DNA from: Acidobacteriota bacterium
GTDB lineage: Bacteria > Acidobacteriota > Thermoanaerobaculia > Multivoradales > Multivoraceae
NCBI GenBank assembly: GCA_028877275.1
Contig: JAPPFP010000023.1
Span: forward strand, 7,622-71,621
DNA length: 64,000 nt
Direction of reading: 5' to 3'
In this document: positions 1 to 8,437 of the stretch, in pieces
How the letters are laid out: each line of letters begins with the position of its first letter
How positions within the stretch are numbered: position 1 is the first letter of the stretch
Program-made: the position numbers and the translations under genes
Notes under the pieces: generated by a model
What the model was told of the DNA's origin: nothing
Database searches by the model: none
Seen by the model: only the letters and a program-made list of their open reading frames with translations

Positions 1-1175
1 AGGTGACCGTGGAAGGCGAGCCACCGGCCGTCTGGCGACCACGCGGCGCCGTAGTCCTCGTGCTCCTCCGAGAGGAGTGTGCGGACCGTGCCGGCCGGGG
101 CGCCCTCCGCGTCGAGGTCGAGGACGCCCAGGTCGAAGTCGATCGGCATGCGGAGGCGTCGCCAGGAGAACGTGGTGAAACCAAGCGCCCTTCCGTCGGG
201 GCGCCAGGAAGGCAGGAAGGCGCTCGTGCCGCCCGCCGTCGTCACGTCGACGGGGTCGCCCCCGCTCGCTGGAACGAGGCCCACCGCGGTGCGCGTGTGG
301 TACACGCTGAGAGCGACGCGACCGTCGGCCAGCGGCGTGACCGCGAGCACGTCACAGCCGTCTTGCGTCAGCCGTTCGGCCGGGCCGCCGTCCAGCGGCA
401 CGCGCCAGCCGACCAGGAACGAGTCGTCGGGCCCCGCTGCCGCGAGATAGAGCGCGTCTCCCGCGGGGGACCACTCCACGCGACTGTCCCATCCGAAGCG
501 GAAGTCGGCGGCGAGCGTGCGCGTCTCGCCCGTCGCGATCTCCGTCACGGCCAGGTCCGCGCGGTATCCGCCCGCAACCTGAAGATGCGCGACCGAGCGT
601 CCGTCGGGAGATCGAACCGGCGCGGCCCACCCCTCGGCGCGATCGACGAGCACGGTCGCGTCGTCGAGTCCCGGCCCATACTCGACCCATGCGGCATCGG
701 CGCCCGCGTGTCGAAGCGCGGTCACGGTCCCGTCGGACAGCAAACGCGGATGGTCGACGCGGGCGTCTCCGGGATCCACGATGCGCGACTCCTGGCCGGT
801 GGTCGGGTCCAGGGTCCAGACCCCGTGACTTGCGGGTCGGCGGTCGACGTACACGACACGCGAGCCGTCGGGCGACCAGGTCACCCGGAACCGTTCCGCC
901 GGCGTCGTGGTCAAGACGCGACCTACCCCTGTCGCAACGTCGTAGACCGTCAGCGATCTGGCGCCCGCGGCAAAGTCGGCGAACACGACGCGGTCGCCGG
1001 CAGGCGACGGGATGCCGGGGTAGGCGTCGTAGAGGTCCGTGTGGACGTGTCGCGCGAGCACGACGTCCGGGACTTCTTCGACGTTGCTTCCGCACGCCGA
1101 CGCAGCGAGGAGCGGTACCGCCAGCAGGCCGGGGGATGCAGCCCACCGGCGCCATGACCGCCGCCGAGCCTGCAC
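1..1175 (-). CDS. TolB-like (PD40) beta-propeller lipoprotein, 3' end outside the window
   Basis: Not in the ORF track; I translated it by hand from the GTG at 1175, which directly follows the upstream TGA. Reads MQARRRSWRRWAASPGLLAVPLLAASACGS (lipobox LAASA-C), then repeats VTWSPDGSRVVY and AAWSPDGRWLAF. Frame is open to the window edge. Confidence 0.75.
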   Translation of the reverse strand, partial: MQARRRSWRRWAASPGLLAVPLLAASACGSNVEEVPDVVLARHVHTDLYDAYPGIPSPAGDRVVFADFAAGARSLTVYDVATGVGRVLTTTPAERFRVTWSPDGSRVVYVDRRPASHGVWTLDPTTGQESRIVDPGDARVDHPRLLSDGTVTALRHAGADAAWVEYGPGLDDATVLVDRAEGWAAPVRSPDGRSVAHLQVAGGYRADLAVTEIATGETRTLAADFRFGWDSRVEWSPAGDALYLAAAGPDDSFLVGWRVPLDGGPAERLTQDGCDVLAVTPLADGRVALSVYHTRTAVGLVPASGGDPVDVTTAGGTSAFLPSWRPDGRALGFTTFSWRRLRMPIDFDLGVLDLDAEGAPAGTVRTLLSEEHEDYGAAWSPDGRWLAFHGH

Positions 1176-3335
1176 TCAGGCTTCCGGTTCGCCGGCCTTG
1201 CGCTTGTCGTCGAGGGCCGACATCAGGCCGACCTCGTTCAGGTAGGTGCCGGCCTTCGCGTCCTTGGCCGCTTCGACCTGGGCTTCGCTCGCGCCGGCTT
1301 CGGCGAGAGCCGAGAAGGGGCACCTGCCGGCGGCGGTCGCGGCTTGTGCTTCGGCCTCGGCGACGTCCCTGGCGGGCGACTCGTCCTTCTTGTCGAGCTC
1401 GTAGGCGGCGATCATCTGCTCCATCAGCTTGCGGCCGAGCTCGATGCCCTCTTCGACGGTCTTGATCCCGATCCGGGAGACGTGCTTCTCGCGCGCAACG
1501 AGTTCGACGCGCTCCTGGGTGCGGTCACGCATGAACCCTGCCGGAACCCGGAGAATGCGCTCGACGGCTTCGGCGGTCCACTCGTGGTTCGAGAGCAGCG
1601 GGACCCGGTCGTCGTCGCGGGCGATCAGCTTGCGCTCGTCCGCGGGCGCTTCGGCGGCGCCGTTGCCGTTCGCCTCGGTCGCCTGTACGCGGGCCTCGAT
1701 CGTCACGGGTTCGCCGGTCTCGTCCTCGATCATCACGCGCGCGAACTCGAAGGTGACGGTGGGCAGCTTGCTCATCCGCGCCTTCTTCTCGATCCGCGCC
1801 TTGGCGCGGCGCCGGCGGTAGGCGTCCTCGATCGTCTTGAGCGCCAGGCGGGCGTCGGCGGTCCACTTCAGCTTGCGGCCGTCGTAGGTGGTCTCGACCT
1901 CGAGACCGCCCTCCATCTCGGCGATCCGCTCCAGCATCTCTTCGGTGATCTGCTCGAAGGAGTCGCTGCCGCAGACGCCGCAGCGGACCGGGTCGGGTTC
2001 GGCCGAGGTGACGCCGCACTTGCGGCAGATGAAGGTCGGCCGGCTGCGCGCGAGCTGCAGGGCGATCTTCTCGGCCAGGGCTTCCGTCTCGCGCGCGGTG
2101 TACTTCGGCATGTAGCGGTCCATCGCCTCGTCGAGCACGTCGCTCGAGATCACGCTGTGGCCCTGTTCGACCGCCAGACGGTAGAGGGCCGTACGGGCGA
2201 TGCCGCGTACCTGCTCGGGGACGCGCTTGAAGCGCTCCTCGGCTTCGGGGGTCCAGCGGATGCTCTCCTCGGCCTTGACGTCGAGTTCCGGGTACTCCAG
2301 CCGGGTCGTCAGGAGCAGGTCGCAGGGGCAGGCGCGGAGCAGGTTCTCGGCGTTGCTGCCGAGGCCCGTCTCGCTGTCGTCGCTGTGGACGCCGACCCGG
2401 CCGATGACGAGCATCCAGGGATCGATCTTGCGGGCGTGATCGAGGACCTTCTGGAACGCCTTGCCGTCGAGCAGGGTCTTCGTCAACTCGACGCCGACCT
2501 CGGTCGCCATCGTCTGGGCGACATCCAGGTGGGACTGGTAGATCTGCGCCAGGCCGGTGTCGATGATCTCCTCGTGGAGCTGGTTCTGCTCCTCGAAACG
2601 GAAGATCTTCGCGGCGCGCTCGGTCAGCACGTTGACGACGCCCTTGAATACGGAGTAGTGGAGGTAGGGGTCGTAGACCGAGATCGCCTCGACCTTCTTG
2701 CCGAAGGTCTTCGCCAGGTCGATCGCGGTCATCAGGGCGCCGAAGGACTGGGGCGAACCGTCGACGCCGACCAGGATCGTGTCGCGGCCGTCGGTCTCTT
2801 CGTGGCGCCCGTTGCCGTTGCCGTTCGACGCCCCGGTCTTCGCCGGCAGCCGCTTGATGACCAGGACGTCCCGGTCGGCGGTGCGGGCGACCCGCTCACA
2901 GACCGAGCCGATCTGGGTGTCGCGGACGCGGCCGATTCCCATCACGCCGAGCACGGTCAGGTCGTAGCCCGACTCGCGGATGTCGCGGACGATCTCGACG
3001 TGGTGCTTGCCGTCCATCATCTTCGGCTCGAACTCGAGCCCGGCGTCGTCGCAGACCGCCTTCATCGGCTCGAGGTAGCTCTCCGAGATGAGCTCCAGAC
3101 CCATCGTGATGAGCGAGTCGTGGATCTTCCGCTGGCGGTCGAGCTCCGTTTCCTCGAGGTACTCGTCCGGCAGGGTGTACTCCATCTGCTTGAACCGGTA
3201 GTCGTGCATGCTGGCCGCGTAGACGTGGCAGCCGACCATCGTGGAGTCGAACTTGCGACCCAGCTCGACCGCCGACGCGATCGCCTGGTTCGAGTAGTCC
3301 GAGTTGTCGACGGGGACGTAGATCGTCTTGTACAT
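1176..3335 (-). CDS. Universal stress protein fusion: two USP domains, three PCP_red-like domains and a Cys4 zinc ribbon
   Basis: USP starts MYKTIYVPVDNSDYS and TILVGVDGSPQS, with GSVCERV and GLGSNAENLLR motifs. Three WTxEA/DA...RVP-type repeats resemble the BchB/ChlB C-terminal PCP_red domain. Also CRKC-x11-CGVC and a C-terminal GRCPF. Confidence 0.8.
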   Translation of the reverse strand: MYKTIYVPVDNSDYSNQAIASAVELGRKFDSTMVGCHVYAASMHDYRFKQMEYTLPDEYLEETELDRQRKIHDSLITMGLELISESYLEPMKAVCDDAGLEFEPKMMDGKHHVEIVRDIRESGYDLTVLGVMGIGRVRDTQIGSVCERVARTADRDVLVIKRLPAKTGASNGNGNGRHEETDGRDTILVGVDGSPQSFGALMTAIDLAKTFGKKVEAISVYDPYLHYSVFKGVVNVLTERAAKIFRFEEQNQLHEEIIDTGLAQIYQSHLDVAQTMATEVGVELTKTLLDGKAFQKVLDHARKIDPWMLVIGRVGVHSDDSETGLGSNAENLLRACPCDLLLTTRLEYPELDVKAEESIRWTPEAEERFKRVPEQVRGIARTALYRLAVEQGHSVISSDVLDEAMDRYMPKYTARETEALAEKIALQLARSRPTFICRKCGVTSAEPDPVRCGVCGSDSFEQITEEMLERIAEMEGGLEVETTYDGRKLKWTADARLALKTIEDAYRRRRAKARIEKKARMSKLPTVTFEFARVMIEDETGEPVTIEARVQATEANGNGAAEAPADERKLIARDDDRVPLLSNHEWTAEAVERILRVPAGFMRDRTQERVELVAREKHVSRIGIKTVEEGIELGRKLMEQMIAAYELDKKDESPARDVAEAEAQAATAAGRCPFSALAEAGASEAQVEAAKDAKAGTYLNEVGLMSALDDKRKAGEPEA

Positions 3336-3402
3336 GGTGGTGTCTCTTGTGTTGACGGAGTGTCGGGTCAGAGAGATTCGGCTTCCTGGCCGGAGAGTCG
3401 GG

Positions 3403-5181
3403 TTAGACGGCGGGAGCCTCGGTTGCGGTGAGGGTGGCGCCCGAGGCCTCTTCGTCGGCCGCCTTCTGGCGGGCGCGGCGGCGGACCAGGAAGACGACCA
3501 GCAACTCGATGGCGAGCACGATCAGGGCGGCGCGGAGCACGGGACCCGCCACCGCCTGCTCGACGCTCGGCTCGGTGTAGACGTAGAACCAGGACGACAG
3601 GGCCCGCTTGTTGCCGCGTTCGCGGTTGAAACCGTCCCAGACGCTGAAGGCGACCGGCGTGTACTGCTCCTCGGCGAAGCTGACGCCGGCTCGCGACGAG
3701 CGGCGTCGCTTGTAGGTCACGGTCCACGCGCCCTGGTCGTAGGAGGTCACCGCCTCGACGATGTCCGCCTCGGTCGGCTCGATCGAATCGCTGCCGCGGC
3801 CCCGGAACGTGTCGGCGACGCCGTAGGTCAGGTTGACGAACCAGAGGTCGACCGGGTTCTGGGCGTCGCCGTACAGGAAGTACGGCTTGAGTTCGGGAGT
3901 CTCTTCGGGCGCTAGCGACGCCGGGAACTGCAGCGCCACGGCGTCCGAGAACTCCGCACCTCCGGCGCCCGCGTCGGCGGTTCCGAAGAAATCGTCGCCG
4001 CCGTCGCCGAAGAAGTCGTCACCGCTGTCGCCGAAGAAGTCGTCTTCCGCGGGCGCTTCCTCGCCGCCGAAGTCGCCGAAGAAGTCGTCGGAGTCGCCAG
4101 CATCGTCGGCCGCGTCGCCGCCGATGCCGTTGTCCTCGTCCCACATTGGCACTTCCAGGCTCGGGTTGTTGCGGCCCGAGGTATCGGCGCGCAGATCGTG
4201 CCAGCGGACCCGAAACGCGATCTCGTCGCGGTTGTAGACCGCCTGGGCCTCGATCGAGGTGACGGGGGGAAAGAAGTTGCGTCCCGGTTCGGTGATCTGG
4301 CCGACCAGGGGGAAGCGGGTCATCGGCGCGGACTCGAACAGCGCGTCGAGCGTTTCCTCGTCCTGCAGGTCGATCGGCTCCGCCGAGTAGACCGCCGTGA
4401 TCAGGGTGCCGTAGTTCGGATCGTCTCCGTCGCCCAGGGAGTAGACGTAGTTCACCAGGTGCTGGCGATCCTCGACCTCGAGCGAGTCGGCGTAGGACGG
4501 CATCGGCGTGCCGTTCAGCCCGGTGGAGAACGTGCGGTAGATGTCCTCCTTGGTCGGACCGCCGCGGTAGGTCCAGCGCTGGGTCAGGTCGGCGGCTCTG
4601 ATCGGGTCGCCCTTGTCGTTGACCAGGGTCGGCGCCGAAGCGCCGTCCCCCCGGCCGACCTCGCCGTGGCATGCGCCGCAGGCCTGCTCCTCGTAGAGCA
4701 CGCGGCCGCGGGCGACCGACTCCTCGGTCGATTCGAGCGGCCGGGGAATCTCGATCGGTTCGGCGTAGCGGTCGGGGTTCTCGAAGTCGGGCGAGAAGGT
4801 CTTGATGTAGTAGATGACGTTCTGGATCTCGGCGCTTGTCAGGTTCGGCCAGCCCGGCATCGAGGTGTAGGGGGCTCCGATCTCGATGATCCGGCGCAGG
4901 TCGTCGTCCGTCGGCAGCATGCCGTTCGGTGTGGTGCGGAACTTGTACTTGCCGGTGGTGAAGTCACGCGGCTTCGGCCGGACCCGCGGCGTGGCGTAGC
5001 CGTTGCCGTCGCCCGTGTCGCCGTGGCACTGGCCGCAGTACTTGTCGTAGACGACCTTGCCGGCCGCCCGCTGCTCTTCCGTGCCGAGGTCGACCTGGGC
5101 GACGGCGGGCAGAGCCAGGATCAGGGCGGCGGTGGCGAACGTTGCCGCGGTCCGGGTGCGTCGGTTGGCGTGCGCGGTCAT
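3403..5181 (-). CDS. Diheme cytochrome c fused to an ethylbenzene dehydrogenase gamma (EB_dh/DOMON-like) domain, with C-terminal membrane anchor
   Basis: ATG at 5181 overlaps the upstream TGA. Signal peptide; CGQCH and CGACH; PRDFTTGKYKFRTT. EbdC-like motifs FSDAVALQFP, PVDLW and VAFSVWDG..RERGNK; C-terminal hydrophobic helix. Confidence 0.8.
   Translation of the reverse strand: MTAHANRRTRTAATFATAALILALPAVAQVDLGTEEQRAAGKVVYDKYCGQCHGDTGDGNGYATPRVRPKPRDFTTGKYKFRTTPNGMLPTDDDLRRIIEIGAPYTSMPGWPNLTSAEIQNVIYYIKTFSPDFENPDRYAEPIEIPRPLESTEESVARGRVLYEEQACGACHGEVGRGDGASAPTLVNDKGDPIRAADLTQRWTYRGGPTKEDIYRTFSTGLNGTPMPSYADSLEVEDRQHLVNYVYSLGDGDDPNYGTLITAVYSAEPIDLQDEETLDALFESAPMTRFPLVGQITEPGRNFFPPVTSIEAQAVYNRDEIAFRVRWHDLRADTSGRNNPSLEVPMWDEDNGIGGDAADDAGDSDDFFGDFGGEEAPAEDDFFGDSGDDFFGDGGDDFFGTADAGAGGAEFSDAVALQFPASLAPEETPELKPYFLYGDAQNPVDLWFVNLTYGVADTFRGRGSDSIEPTEADIVEAVTSYDQGAWTVTYKRRRSSRAGVSFAEEQYTPVAFSVWDGFNRERGNKRALSSWFYVYTEPSVEQAVAGPVLRAALIVLAIELLVVFLVRRRARQKAADEEASGATLTATEAPAV
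3982..4089 (-). repeat. Intragenic repeat encoding DDFFG x4
   Basis: + strand GTCGCCGAAGAAGTCGTC at 4003, 4027 and 4072, with a variant ending at 3996. The first three copies have 24-nt spacing. Confidence 0.85.
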
Positions 5182-5999
5182 CAGTGCTGCCCCAGCGCGC
5201 GCGGCTCGTAGCCGTTGAAGTCGTAGATGAACAGGTTGACGTCCCACATCTCCTCGGTGGTCAGGAACTTCTCCCAGGCGGGCATGGCACTGTCCCAGGG
5301 CGTGCCGCCGGCTGGCATGCCGGGACCGCCCTTGGCGATCCGCCAGTGAACGAACGAGGATTGCAGGGCCGGCAGCGTGCCGACGTCGTTGAAGTTGCTG
5401 GGCACCGGGTTCAGGCCGTGGGCGAACATGCCGTCGCCGCCCATGCCGTCGCCGTGGCACCAGAAGCAGTTCTCGTAGTACACCCGGCGGCCGTTCTCCA
5501 CGTGCTTCCCGTACAGCTCCGGGTCGTCGTGCTTGTAGTGGAGGTACGGGTTCTCCGCCGTCGCCATGTCGATCGTCTCGTCGTGAACGGTGAGTTCAGT
5601 GGGCGGCGGCGGATGGATCTCGCGGCCGAATCCGGGCGCCTCGAGCGGCATGGTCAGGTCGGCGTAGGCGTTGTAGGCAGCGAGGCCCGGGAGAGCGACG
5701 AGCAGACCGGCCAGGGCCAGACGGTAACGGGGCTCGAGAATCAGGCGCTGGATTGGTTGGACCGTTTCCGCCAACCGCTCACGGCTGGAAGAGGCGTAGC
5801 TAACCAGCGCGAGGCCGGTGATCCCCAGATAGATCGTCGCGACGGACTGCGGGATCGGCACGGTGAAGCCGAACCTGAAGAAGGCCCACAGGGCGCCCCC
5901 GGTGTAGAGGAGCCAGACGAGGGTGTGGGCCCGCCGCCAGGCGAGCACTCCGCCAATGGCGGCCAGTGCCAGAACGATGGGTAGGTTGAGTCCCCACAT
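5181..5999 (-). CDS. Membrane-anchored monoheme cytochrome c
   Basis: Several N-terminal TM helices; CFWCH; PWDSAMPAW with a candidate distal Met. Confidence 0.85.
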   Translation of the reverse strand: MWGLNLPIVLALAAIGGVLAWRRAHTLVWLLYTGGALWAFFRFGFTVPIPQSVATIYLGITGLALVSYASSSRERLAETVQPIQRLILEPRYRLALAGLLVALPGLAAYNAYADLTMPLEAPGFGREIHPPPPTELTVHDETIDMATAENPYLHYKHDDPELYGKHVENGRRVYYENCFWCHGDGMGGDGMFAHGLNPVPSNFNDVGTLPALQSSFVHWRIAKGGPGMPAGGTPWDSAMPAWEKFLTTEEMWDVNLFIYDFNGYEPRALGQH

Positions 6000-6010
6000 G
6001 ATGGATCAGG

Positions 6011-6496
6011 TCAATAGCCGAGGTCGGTGTCGAGGGTTACGGTCGGTGTTCCGCCCAGACTCTGCAACCAGGCGATCACCGCTTTCATTTCGTCTTCCGA
6101 GAGGCTGATCGGCGGCTGGTCTATCGCCTGCATTCCATCCGCAAAGCCGGGAACGATGAACGCCGCCGGTTCGTAGAGGGACTGGGCCAGGTACTCGAGG
6201 CCGGAGAGCCCTTCGATCTGGGTCGCGGCGCGGGCGCCGATTCCGTCCAGGTCCGGGTAGCGGAGCGGCCCGCTCTGGCCGACGGTGTGACAGCCGACCA
6301 GGCACTGTCCCTTGCCGCTGGCGAGTTCCGCACCGACCGCGACCAGATCCTCCGTCGTCATCTCGGCGCTGATCAGCACGGGCGGCGGCGGATGGGCCTC
6401 CTTCTGCGGCACGATCTGGCCCAGGTACATGTAGAAGGCCGTCGTACCCAGCACGAGCAGGACCAGCCGCAGGGGCATGGGGACGCTCAGCTTCAT
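6011..6496 (-). CDS. Membrane-anchored monoheme cytochrome c with CX3CH motif
   Basis: N-terminal TM helix; GKGQCLVGCH; ATGA overlap with the upstream gene. Confidence 0.8.
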   Translation of the reverse strand: MKLSVPMPLRLVLLVLGTTAFYMYLGQIVPQKEAHPPPPVLISAEMTTEDLVAVGAELASGKGQCLVGCHTVGQSGPLRYPDLDGIGARAATQIEGLSGLEYLAQSLYEPAAFIVPGFADGMQAIDQPPISLSEDEMKAVIAWLQSLGGTPTVTLDTDLGY

Positions 6497-8424
6497 GCCG
6501 CCTGCCCCCCTTCGAGCTGGTCGCGGCCGTCAGCGACCGGCTTCGGTTCCCAATCCTTCTTCCCGCCAAGACTGCTGAGCCAGAAGACGACACCGAGCAG
6601 GCCGAAGAAGATGAGGACAGTGACGGACACGACCTGCGTTGCGAAGCCGAGGGTCGGCGTGTAGGCGTCCGGGGACGTGTCCAGGATCACGCCGTACACG
6701 TGCCACTCCTGGCGCAGCCCGGAACGGACGTATCCCATCAATCCCATCAGCCAGGTGAAGCTGAGCGCGATGAAGATGAGAGCGTACTGGGAGACCGCCG
6801 GCATCCTGCCCCATTTGGTCTCGCCCGACTGCGCGGCGTTGCGGTACAGGGGCAGGTCGATCACCGTGATCACGACCAGGGCCGCGAGCACCGAGTAGAC
6901 CTGCGGGATCGCGAAGCGTATGCGTATCGCGGCGTCCACGTAGTAGCCGTAGACGCCGTAGAAGATGACCAGAGCCGCGGCGGAGGAGAAGACGATCGCC
7001 TGGGCGCGGGTGAGGAGATCCCTGTGCGGATGGACCGACTGTCTGCCGGTCCGCCGATAGAGCAGGAAGCTCATGTAGGTCGAGAGGATCAGGATGTTGA
7101 CCGCCGTGTTCTTGGCCGACATCTGCCCGAGATAGGAAAGCTGCGGGTGGCTGCTGCCGCCCATCGCGGCGATCTCCGATACCGATGAGATGGCGTAGCG
7201 CGGCGTCGCCCAGACGGCGAAGCAGAGGGCAATCGCGATCAGCAACCACTTGATGAATTTCTGGAAGTGAACGCCGCCCTCCATGCGGCCCATCCCCAGC
7301 CAGAGGTAGTAGTTCGCCCCCAGGAACAGGTTGCCGATGAGAGCCGCCTGGATGACGAACAGCCAGGAGAAGGTGCCGCCCATCATCTGGATGCCCAGGG
7401 TCTGGCTGAACGCGTAGATCTCGGCGGCGAGGTAGTAACCCGCGAACGGCAGGGGGAGGAAGGCGATGATGGCGACGAAGTTGCCGACGTAGCCCATCCA
7501 GTCGAAGTGGGCCTTCTCCTCGTCCGTCTTCGCCTGCAGGTAGCGGAAGGCCGCGTAGGCCGCGGCGATCGAGCCGCCGAAGGCGACGTTGGCGATGATC
7601 CGGTGGATGTTGATCGGCATCCAGGTGAAGTTGAAGAAGGCGTCCCGCAGGCTCAGCAGGGCGCCGCTCTCCGAAACGGCGGAGACGAAGTCCGGGACGC
7701 CGTCGCCATCCACGTCGTCGCGCCTGCCGGGCGACATCATGAAAGTGAGCCAGGCGTTGGCGATGAACATGATCGCGGTGCCCACGATGTTCAGCATGAA
7801 GCCCAGGAACAGGTGCATCTTCGGCCCGAACTTGCCCCAGCCGTAGTAGTAGCTGTAGAGGAACAGCGCCTCCAGGAAGAACAGCAGAACGTAGGGCAGG
7901 AACGTCGGCGAGAAGATGTGCATCAGGTAGTTCGTGAACTTCGGGTAGAGGATGATCAGCCCGAAGGTCAGGAACGCCCCGAAGGTGGCGGTCATCGAGA
8001 ACGAGACGGAGAGCAGCTTCGTGAACTCGTACGCGAGCTTGTTGTAGCGCTCCTCCTTCTTCACGTAGCCGACGAACTCGATGATGAAGGCGAACAGCGG
8101 CACCGCGAGGACGAACGCCGCGAACAGCAGGTGGAGCTGCGCCAGCACCCAGACGGTGACCCGGCTGCCGACGAACGGGACCGTCCGGTATTCGGCCTCC
8201 TCGTAGGGCCTGGCCTGCGCTTCGGCTTCGTCCGCGGCCTGTTCGTCGGCGATGCCCTGCTGGCGTGGCGTGAGCTCGGCCTCGCCCTGCTCTTCCTGGG
8301 CGGCGACCTGCCGGTCCGGCTGGCGGTACTCGTTGTCCACCAGGAATCCGCCCAGGCGCACCGTGACGATCACGGACACGAAGGCGAGAACGCCGATGCC
8401 GAAGAGGATCCTGTTTCTGTTCAT
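6493..8424 (-). CDS. Cytochrome bd oxidase subunit I-like (CydA-like) membrane protein, divergent type
   Basis: Start MNRNRILFG after GGGA. Motifs QLHLLFAAF (His19-like), FLEALFLYSYYYGW, ANAWLTFMMSP, NIHRIIAN (His186-like) and C-terminal GYVRSGLRQEWHVYG (cf. GWxxxExGRQPW). Many TM helices. Confidence 0.8.
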   Translation of the reverse strand: MNRNRILFGIGVLAFVSVIVTVRLGGFLVDNEYRQPDRQVAAQEEQGEAELTPRQQGIADEQAADEAEAQARPYEEAEYRTVPFVGSRVTVWVLAQLHLLFAAFVLAVPLFAFIIEFVGYVKKEERYNKLAYEFTKLLSVSFSMTATFGAFLTFGLIILYPKFTNYLMHIFSPTFLPYVLLFFLEALFLYSYYYGWGKFGPKMHLFLGFMLNIVGTAIMFIANAWLTFMMSPGRRDDVDGDGVPDFVSAVSESGALLSLRDAFFNFTWMPINIHRIIANVAFGGSIAAAYAAFRYLQAKTDEEKAHFDWMGYVGNFVAIIAFLPLPFAGYYLAAEIYAFSQTLGIQMMGGTFSWLFVIQAALIGNLFLGANYYLWLGMGRMEGGVHFQKFIKWLLIAIALCFAVWATPRYAISSVSEIAAMGGSSHPQLSYLGQMSAKNTAVNILILSTYMSFLLYRRTGRQSVHPHRDLLTRAQAIVFSSAAALVIFYGVYGYYVDAAIRIRFAIPQVYSVLAALVVITVIDLPLYRNAAQSGETKWGRMPAVSQYALIFIALSFTWLMGLMGYVRSGLRQEWHVYGVILDTSPDAYTPTLGFATQVVSVTVLIFFGLLGVVFWLSSLGGKKDWEPKPVADGRDQLEGGQAA

Positions 8425-8437
8425 CTGTTTCCCGACG

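Noticed and set aside
3-1157. 384-aa plus-strand ORF
   Set aside because: Antisense shadow of the minus-strand TolB-like gene, which has a lipobox and WSPDG repeats.
1176-3335. PCP_red domains as evidence of phototrophy
   Set aside because: Only the small accessory domain is present; no bch/chl catalytic genes are in the window.
3982-4089. Possible CRISPR-like repeat
   Set aside because: Repeats are 18 nt, in-frame within a CDS, with 6-27 nt gaps and no cas genes.
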